From NCBI GenBank assembly GCA_013152225.1, contig JAADGR010000313.1, positions 1 through 39,735 of the forward strand: a stretch of DNA of 39,735 bases. The letters run 5' to 3'. The notes below the pieces were generated by a model. That model saw nothing but the letters and a program-made list of their open reading frames with translations, ran no database searches and was not told where the DNA came from. Positions 33,425 through 39,735 of the stretch are shown here, in pieces; positions within the stretch are counted from its first letter, which is position 1, and every line of letters begins with the position of its first letter. The translations under genes were made by a program, and so were the position numbers. The DNA is from Calditrichota bacterium. Lineage in GTDB: Bacteria; Zhuqueibacterota; Zhuqueibacteria; Residuimicrobiales; Krinioviventaceae.

Positions 33425-34628
33425 AGTGCTAAAGTACCTTGGACTGTTTGCCTTTATCGCTGTGCTCCTGGCCGGATGCACAAACGACAAACCCCTTCCG
33501 AGTGGCTATGAACTATTACCACGCGAAAACAAAGGTGATGTTCTGGTAAAAACTGTGCGCGCAAATAAAGCATCAACTTATTGGAAAACACCAACAGCCG
33601 GATCTAGAAACACACTATTGCTTGGCTCTTATGACCACGTGAAATCTTTTATCGCCATGCGTTTTTTAACTTATTCCATCCTTGATACACCTTCTGTAAA
33701 TTCCGCTGTTGTGCGATTAACTCAAAATTATCATGTCGGCGATGGAGATTCTATTTCTGTGTCTGTTTATCCGATAAATCCGGATCATTCCTGGGCGGAG
33801 GCAGAAGTTCTGTGGAAAGAGATTAAAGATCAATTTATTGCAGATTCGGTCGTTGCCCGCTTTAAAGTCGCCCCTGTTGATAGTGGAATCATAGAATTTC
33901 CTTTGGATTTGGCTCTGGTCAACCAATGGGTTTCGGATGAATTTAACAACGGCATTGTTATGATTTTTGATAATGCGGATTTTATGGCCGAGTTAAATTC
34001 TTCCAATGCAGCGAGCAATTGGGGAAAGCTGCATGTTACATATACGAAAAAGGACGGTGTGCCTGATACGACCGACCTGGATGTTTTGAGTGATGCAAGC
34101 CTGTTGCAATTTGAATCTCCAACGCCGGAGTACCAACTTGATGAGCAGGTTGACAAATTATTGGTGGGAAATTTGACCGGGTATCGATCCATTATTAATT
34201 TTGATCTTTCGGGAATACCCAAAAATGCAACAATTCATAATGTCCTTTTGAATTTACATATAGATGGTGAAAATAGTAATACGAGAAGTTTTGGGATGCG
34301 TATAAAGGCAACGCCGATCCTCAATGATTCACTGGCATACCCGGAGAATCTGGAATTTGCCACTGGTTCCAAAGCTGCTATCGATGTTGCGCTCGGTTCG
34401 TTGCAGCAGCTTGATTTTTCTTCTGCGGAAGCAATGCTTGCCATGAACACCATTTTTCAGGGGTGGGTTTCCGGGCAGTTGCAGAATTACGGCTTGGGTT
34501 TGCTTCCCGCCGATGCTGGATTGAATGCGGCGAAAATGAGCTTTTATTCCGGCTTTGCCGATTCAAGTCTGGCGCCGACGGCCCGAATCACTTATTCTGT
34601 ACCGCCGTCCGGCAGATTTGATCCCTAA
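33399..34628 (+). CDS. Lipoprotein with two related beta-rich (DNRLRE/DUF4270-like) domains; candidate BamH-like protein (ATG at 33399 or 33405)
   Basis: Signal peptide with lipobox LAG-C, then TNDKPLPSGYELLP. Motif RSIINFDLSGIPKNATIHNVLLNL. Family assignment is inference. Confidence 0.6.
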   Translation: MTMRISKYKVLKYLGLFAFIAVLLAGCTNDKPLPSGYELLPRENKGDVLVKTVRANKASTYWKTPTAGSRNTLLLGSYDHVKSFIAMRFLTYSILDTPSVNSAVVRLTQNYHVGDGDSISVSVYPINPDHSWAEAEVLWKEIKDQFIADSVVARFKVAPVDSGIIEFPLDLALVNQWVSDEFNNGIVMIFDNADFMAELNSSNAASNWGKLHVTYTKKDGVPDTTDLDVLSDASLLQFESPTPEYQLDEQVDKLLVGNLTGYRSIINFDLSGIPKNATIHNVLLNLHIDGENSNTRSFGMRIKATPILNDSLAYPENLEFATGSKAAIDVALGSLQQLDFSSAEAMLAMNTIFQGWVSGQLQNYGLGLLPADAGLNAAKMSFYSGFADSSLAPTARITYSVPPSGRFDP

Positions 34629-34697
34629 AACTTTACTAATACCAATCAAATTCGATTTACGTTGTAATGAAATGCAGGATATATTTCAGGTACAATT

Positions 34698-35900
34698 ATG
34701 ATGAAAAAACGTTTTAACCAGATTATTCCGATTTTAATGCTATTCGTGGCATCCGGCTGTTTTGCGGATTCTTATTATTCTGCGTTAGGCCTTGGTATGC
34801 CGAGGTATTTTGTTTCGCCAAAAGCAGTGGGCATGGGCGGCGCAGGCATCGGCGTTGTCGATCGTTTTACATTAAACGCAATGAACCCTGCTGCGCTTAA
34901 TATTGGCAATATTACAACGGTCGCTGTGGACTTTCAGTATGAAGATGTTGAAAATAAATATGACGGTAATAAAATTACAACCCGAAATGGGAATGCGTCC
35001 GGTTTTAGATTTACCGTGCCATTAAAATCTTATTTGAAAATGATTATATCATTGCGGCCTCTGTCTGCTTCACGATATATTTTTCAAAAAGATTTTAGTA
35101 ATGATTATGTTACTTACAATCGACTTGTACGCGGGAGCGGAGGATTGAACGCTGCGGGTCTCGGATTGCAATATATTATCAAGCCCGGTCTGGCTGTTGG
35201 TGCTGTCATTAACTTTAATTTTGGCAGTTATAATGAAGAGTGGAAAACCAAATTTTCCGAACCCGGGTATCAAAATTCTAACGACAAGATTAACAGCCAT
35301 CTGTGGGGCGGCGGACTCCAATTAGGCGTACTTTTTAGTCCAATTAAAAATCTTGGCATTGGCGTTACTTATCAAAGTTCCAGTAATCTTCGTACCAACA
35401 CGCAGACAGAGTTTGGTACTGAAGGGATGATTGAATCCGAGACAATTCATCTTTCTTATCCCTCGGCACTCGGTACGGGCGTATCTTTTAGTCTTTCCAA
35501 GCTGGTGTTTGCGGCGGACTTTTTTACTCAATTCTGGAATAAATATACAGTGGCTGGAAAAGATATAAGCCATTTTGCTGCTTTTAAGAGATATGGCGGT
35601 GGGATGGAATATAAGAATAGCCGTGATCCGCTCGCTGCTTACGGCAAAAAGATTTCCTATAGGCTGGGTGGGTATTTCGCACAATTGCCTTTCAGGGATG
35701 TTGCCGGGAATGCCGTTAAAGAACAGTTTATAAGCTTTGGCTTAGGTCTCCCGTTTCAGGGAAATCAGGGACGTGTTGATGCGGCAGTGGAAATTGGCAA
35801 GAGGGGATCCTCAGCACAAATGAATTCTCAGGATTTTGTTATCCGCATTAGCGGCAGCGTAACCGGCGGCGAGTTGTGGTTTCAGCGACGGCATCAATGA
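34698..35900 (+). CDS. FadL/OmpP1-family outer-membrane beta-barrel; candidate BamG-like protein
   Basis: Signal peptide; plug-type motifs YSALGLG, GMGGAG, NAMNPAAL; alternating amphipathic strands; C-terminal ELWFQRR. Confidence 0.7.
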   Translation: MMKKRFNQIIPILMLFVASGCFADSYYSALGLGMPRYFVSPKAVGMGGAGIGVVDRFTLNAMNPAALNIGNITTVAVDFQYEDVENKYDGNKITTRNGNASGFRFTVPLKSYLKMIISLRPLSASRYIFQKDFSNDYVTYNRLVRGSGGLNAAGLGLQYIIKPGLAVGAVINFNFGSYNEEWKTKFSEPGYQNSNDKINSHLWGGGLQLGVLFSPIKNLGIGVTYQSSSNLRTNTQTEFGTEGMIESETIHLSYPSALGTGVSFSLSKLVFAADFFTQFWNKYTVAGKDISHFAAFKRYGGGMEYKNSRDPLAAYGKKISYRLGGYFAQLPFRDVAGNAVKEQFISFGLGLPFQGNQGRVDAAVEIGKRGSSAQMNSQDFVIRISGSVTGGELWFQRRHQ

Positions 35901-35910
35901 GAAAAAAATC

Positions 35911-35939
35911 TTGCATTTTTGAGACAATATAGCTAAGAT
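35911..35939 (+). promoter_or_regulatory. Putative sigma70 promoter for the TPR lipoprotein gene
   Basis: TTGCAT-17 nt-TAAGAT with an upstream A tract. Confidence 0.45.
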
Positions 35940-36017
35940 TAAGCCTGAGAAAATAACTTTTATTATGAATTCATTTTTTTGCTTTTAATTTCTGGACAAT
36001 ACTGGAAGGAGAGAAAA

Positions 36018-37295
36018 GTGTTTGCTAAAAAGAATTTGCACAAAACACTCACAGTTGCGCTCGTTCTCGGTTTTGCAATAATGCTTGCCGTCACTCTGAT
36101 GACGGGATGTGCAACAACAGGGGGCGGTCAGAAGCAAACCTTGAGTCCTGAGCGCCAGAAAGCGATCAAGGACTCGTTGAGGAAAATCTGGGATCGTAAA
36201 TTGAATATCGCGTGGAGTACCGGCTATGAACACACAAAGAATAAACTCTATCGCGAAGCAATTCCCTATTTCTGGAAGGTTGTGAAATTAGATACGATTA
36301 AGCGTTTTCCTGATCTCTATACCTTTCTCGGTGATTGTTACATCAAATTAAACAAACCGGACAGTGCTATGATCGTCTATCGGATGGGCACTGAAAAATA
36401 TCCGCAAAAATCTCATTATCATAGAAGCCTTGCGTGGTTACTGGCCGGGAAACAGCAGGCGAGTGAGGCGATCGAGGAGTATAAAAAAGCTATTGCGATT
36501 GACTCGACCAATGTTTCCGATTACAAAGCACTTGGAAATTTACTCGTCTCCGAAAATCGCAATGACGAAGCCATAGAAGTTTATCAGAAAATCCTCAAAA
36601 TGGAACCCAAGAATGCGGAAGCACAAAAAGTTTATGCTCAGCTTTTGGGGACAACCGGGGATCAAGATGCCGTCATTGAAGCGCAGGAGAAAGCGCTGAA
36701 AATGGATCCTGAAAATACGGATCTGATGTATACGCTTGGGGAAACCTATTTTAAACTGTCGGAATTTCAAAAGACTATAGAAAAATTTAATCTTTATCTG
36801 AAACTGAAGCCGAATGATACTTTTGCATTGGAGTATTTGGGGAAGGCACAGCAGAACCTGGAGCAATATCATGAGGCGATTGCGACCTATGAAAAAATTA
36901 TCGCCATCAAGCCGGATAGTAAAAAAATACTTTGTGACATGGCCACAAGTTATAAAGAACTGAACCAGCTTCGAAAAGCCCGAAGTATTGCAAACAAAGC
37001 TTTGAATATTGACCCGAATTATGGATTGGCCTATATTGTTCGTGGCGAGATATACGAAGTGGCCGTAGATAACTGCATGAACAAAAGAGGAGCTAAAAGC
37101 ACTTCTTTTGATGACAAGTTGATTTATAAACTGGCTTATGATCAATATGCCAAGGCGACGAAAGATATTCAATTTGCAGATTTGGCCAGACGTAAAATGA
37201 ACTATCTCCAGCCTGATATTCCTACAAAAGAAGATTATTTTATGCACCAGAGTCAAAAGAAAGCTAAAACAGCTTGTTACCAGTGGATTTACTAA
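36018..37295 (+). CDS. Tetratricopeptide-repeat lipoprotein (GTG at 36018 preferred over 35979)
   Basis: SD AAGGAG; hydrophobic signal ending MTG-C; multiple TPR units such as DYKALGNLLVSENRNDEAIEVYQKILKMEP and ALEYLGKAQQNLEQYHEAIATYEKIIAIKP. Confidence 0.85.
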   Translation: MFAKKNLHKTLTVALVLGFAIMLAVTLMTGCATTGGGQKQTLSPERQKAIKDSLRKIWDRKLNIAWSTGYEHTKNKLYREAIPYFWKVVKLDTIKRFPDLYTFLGDCYIKLNKPDSAMIVYRMGTEKYPQKSHYHRSLAWLLAGKQQASEAIEEYKKAIAIDSTNVSDYKALGNLLVSENRNDEAIEVYQKILKMEPKNAEAQKVYAQLLGTTGDQDAVIEAQEKALKMDPENTDLMYTLGETYFKLSEFQKTIEKFNLYLKLKPNDTFALEYLGKAQQNLEQYHEAIATYEKIIAIKPDSKKILCDMATSYKELNQLRKARSIANKALNIDPNYGLAYIVRGEIYEVAVDNCMNKRGAKSTSFDDKLIYKLAYDQYAKATKDIQFADLARRKMNYLQPDIPTKEDYFMHQSQKKAKTACYQWIY

Positions 37296-37318
37296 AGTAT
37301 GACTGTTTTGTGATTTTA

Positions 37319-37350
37319 GCGGGAGAGGTTTTCCTCTCCCGTTTTCTATT
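37319..37350 (+). terminator. Rho-independent terminator
   Basis: GCGGGAGAGG-TTTT-CCTCTCCCGT followed by TTTCTATT. Confidence 0.8.
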
Positions 37351-37395
37351 GTTTAACATGACCTTATGATTATGGTCGCATAAAGGAGTAAGTGC

Positions 37396-37836
37396 ATGTC
37401 GATCGCTGTGGGTTCGGATCACGCCGGTTTCAGGCTCAAAGAAAAGCTCGTAGCACATTTATCGGAAAAGAATATAGAATATTTTGATTTTGGTACTTTT
37501 GGCGAGGAACGTGTCGATTATCCGGATTTTGCTTTCAAAGTAGCGCAAGCTGTATCTTCAGGAAAATATCAGTTTGGTCTCGTCGTCTGCGGTTCCGGTA
37601 TTGGCGTTTCAATTACGGCAAATAAAGTAAAAGGCATTCGTGCCGCTTTGTGTTGTAGTGAATACATGGCAGAAATGGCCAGAAAACATAATAATGCGAA
37701 TGTTCTTGCCATGGGTGGAAGAACAACAGCAGCGGAAGATGCTATAAAAATCCTCGATGCCTTTTTGGAAAATGATTTTGAAGGAGGCCGGCATCAAAAA
37801 CGGATTGAAAAAATACACAATATGAGTGGATGTTAA
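37396..37836 (+). CDS. rpiB: Ribose-5-phosphate isomerase B
   Basis: GSDHAG, DYPD, CGSGIG..ANKVKGIRAA, HNNANVL, FEGGRH..R. Confidence 0.97.
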   Translation: MSIAVGSDHAGFRLKEKLVAHLSEKNIEYFDFGTFGEERVDYPDFAFKVAQAVSSGKYQFGLVVCGSGIGVSITANKVKGIRAALCCSEYMAEMARKHNNANVLAMGGRTTAAEDAIKILDAFLENDFEGGRHQKRIEKIHNMSGC

Positions 37837-37851
37837 GTTGTAATATAAAAG

Positions 37852-39165
37852 ATGGATGTTGGCAGCAATATGAACTCTTTGCAAAAAGTTGACCCGGAAA
37901 TTTTCGACGCAATTCATCATGAAATTGAACGTCAAAACAACAAACTGGAATTAATTGCTTCGGAAAACTTTGTCAGCACGGCTGTTTTGCAGGCGATGGG
38001 ACAGGTGATGACAAACAAATATGCCGAAGGGTATCCCGCAAAAAGATATTACGGTGGTTGCGAATTCGTCGATGTTGCCGAAGATTTGGCACGCGAAAGA
38101 GCTAAAAAGCTCTTCAAGGCGGAGCATGCAAATGTACAACCGCATTCCGGATCACAGGCAAATATAGAGGCCTATTTCAGTTTCGTTAACTATGGCGACA
38201 CAGTTATGGGCATGGCCCTTTCCGATGGCGGTCATTTAACGCATGGCAGCCCGGTCAATTTTTCAGGCCGTTTTTTCAATATGGTGCATTATGGTGTTAA
38301 TGAAAACGGCATAATTGATATGAACCAGGTCGAACAAATTGCCTTGAAAGAAAAGCCGAAACTGATCATCACCGGGGCCAGTGCCTATTCCCGGAAAATT
38401 GACTATAAAGCTTTTCGTGAAATTGCAGACAAAATCAATGCAAAACTTGTGGCTGATATTGCTCATCCGGCCGGTCTGATAGCAGTGGGACTCATTCCCA
38501 GTCCCATTGAACATTGTCATGTTGTAACATCCACAACTCATAAAACACTGCGTGGCCCCCGGGGCGGCCTGATTCTCGTTGGCAAAGATGGCGAGAATGA
38601 TATGGGAATCAAAACGCCAAAGGGAAGAGTAAAGCTTGTTTCTGAAATTATTGATTTTAATGTTTTCCCTGGTTTTCAGGGCGGACCTTTAATGCATGTC
38701 ATTGCTGCAAAAGCCGTGGCTTTTCAAGAGGCGCTTCAGCCGGACTTTGTTGATTATCAAAAACAAATTATAAAAAATGCCCAGGCTCTCGCTAACGAAT
38801 TGCTGAATCGTGGATATAAAGTTGTCTCAGGTGGAACGGATACACATTTAATGCTTGTGGATCTTCGTAACCATAATGTAACCGGCAAGCAAACGGAGAA
38901 AGCACTGGAAGCTGCCGGAATTACTGTAAATAAAAATATGGTTCCGTTCGATGATAAAAGTCCTTTTGTCACCAGCGGAATCCGTTTGGGCACACCTGCT
39001 TTAACAACACGCGGCATGCAAGAGAACGAGATGAAACTTATCGCCGAAATGATTGACACGGTTATTCTCGATATTGACAGCGAAACAACCCGGACAAAAG
39101 TTGCAAAACAGGTTTTCGACCTTTGTTCGAGATTTCCTCTTTACTCTGATGCTATTGCTGAATAA
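37852..39165 (+). CDS. glyA: Serine hydroxymethyltransferase (start 37852 or 37870)
   Basis: [31 protein letters not shown] lysine motif [12 protein letters not shown]. Confidence 0.99.
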   Translation: MDVGSNMNSLQKVDPEIFDAIHHEIERQNNKLELIASENFVSTAVLQAMGQVMTNKYAEGYPAKRYYGGCEFVDVAEDLARERAKKLFKAEHANVQPHSGSQANIEAYFSFVNYGDTVMGMALSDGGHLTHGSPVNFSGRFFNMVHYGVNENGIIDMNQVEQIALKEKPKLIITGASAYSRKIDYKAFREIADKINAKLVADIAHPAGLIAVGLIPSPIEHCHVVTSTTHKTLRGPRGGLILVGKDGENDMGIKTPKGRVKLVSEIIDFNVFPGFQGGPLMHVIAAKAVAFQEALQPDFVDYQKQIIKNAQALANELLNRGYKVVSGGTDTHLMLVDLRNHNVTGKQTEKALEAAGITVNKNMVPFDDKSPFVTSGIRLGTPALTTRGMQENEMKLIAEMIDTVILDIDSETTRTKVAKQVFDLCSRFPLYSDAIAE

Positions 39166-39201
39166 AGATATTTTTCGTATCTGATTAAACTTTGGTTTAT
39201 T

Positions 39202-39648
39202 ATGAGATGCCCATTTTGTAATTATAGTGATACGAAGGTTATTGACTCACGTACCCGCGATGGCGGTAAAACCATCCGAAGGCGCCGTGAATGTCTCAAA
39301 TGTCGCAGAAGATTCACAACGCGTGAGCAATTGGATGAAGTGCCCCTGTGGATTATTAAACAGGATGGCAGGAGGGAAGAGTTTGATCGTCAAAAAATTC
39401 ATCGGGCCATCCAGGTTGCATGTGCTAAGCGTCCGGTTTCCATGGGAACCATTGAACAAATTGTCAATAAATTAGAATACGAATTGCGAGATATCAGCAA
39501 GGAAGAAGTCGATTCACATACAATCGGTGAATTTGTGATGCGGGAACTGAAGGAACTGGATGAGATTGCTTATGTGAGGTTTGCATCGGTTTATCGAAAT
39601 TTTCAAGCGAAAGAGGAGTTCCTGAGCGAATTGAAACAGTTAAAGTAA
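39202..39648 (+). CDS. nrdR: Transcriptional repressor NrdR
   Basis: MRCPFC..VIDSR..RRRREC..C..RFTT zinc ribbon, ATP-cone, AYVRFASVY. Confidence 0.98.
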   Translation: MRCPFCNYSDTKVIDSRTRDGGKTIRRRRECLKCRRRFTTREQLDEVPLWIIKQDGRREEFDRQKIHRAIQVACAKRPVSMGTIEQIVNKLEYELRDISKEEVDSHTIGEFVMRELKELDEIAYVRFASVYRNFQAKEEFLSELKQLK

Positions 39649-39735
39649 TGTTTACGGAGTGAGTTTTGGGATTATTCAGTGCGCGGTCATTTTCCGGGGG
39701 TGTTCATCCATCTGATAGTAAAAGTTTAACAAACA

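Noticed and set aside
34698-34766. ASG-C as a lipobox in the beta-barrel
   Set aside because: The -3 residue does not fit [LVI]. Signal peptidase I cleavage after CFA would leave the family-typical plug N-terminus.
753-39475. Numerous minus-strand and alternate-frame ORFs in the track
   Set aside because: They overlap well-conserved + strand genes and carry no recognisable motifs; shadow ORFs.
39649-39735. NrdR box or next gene after nrdR
   Set aside because: No match to the NrdR palindrome, and too little sequence remains to call anything.

Overview
This is a core bacterial chromosome segment, all genes on the + strand, standard genetic code. Bases 1-31.9 kb form one uninterrupted translation/transcription superoperon: tuf 3' end, rpmG, tRNA-Trp, secE, nusG, rplKAJL, rpoBC, rpsLG, fusA, a second tuf, then the S10, spc and alpha clusters, ending in a terminator. 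Downstream lie a palindromic repeat remnant, hutI, a lipoprotein / FadL-like beta-barrel / TPR-lipoprotein trio, and rpiB-glyA-nrdR. Inserts in RpoC and GlyA point to the FCB superphylum, probably a non-Bacteroidota lineage such as KSB1 or Calditrichota (inference). The strongest leads are three. (1) The trio resembles BamH (DUF4270) plus BamG (FadL family), accessory subunits of the Bacteroidota BAM complex, here adjacent and followed by a TPR lipoprotein. (2) A 240-nt structured non-coding region between rpsG and fusA pairs over the fusA initiation region. (3) The str-operon EF-G it precedes is divergent at several conserved motifs. Non-ATG starts also fall mostly on 30S protein genes. All calls come from reading the sequence by eye; no searches or folding were run.
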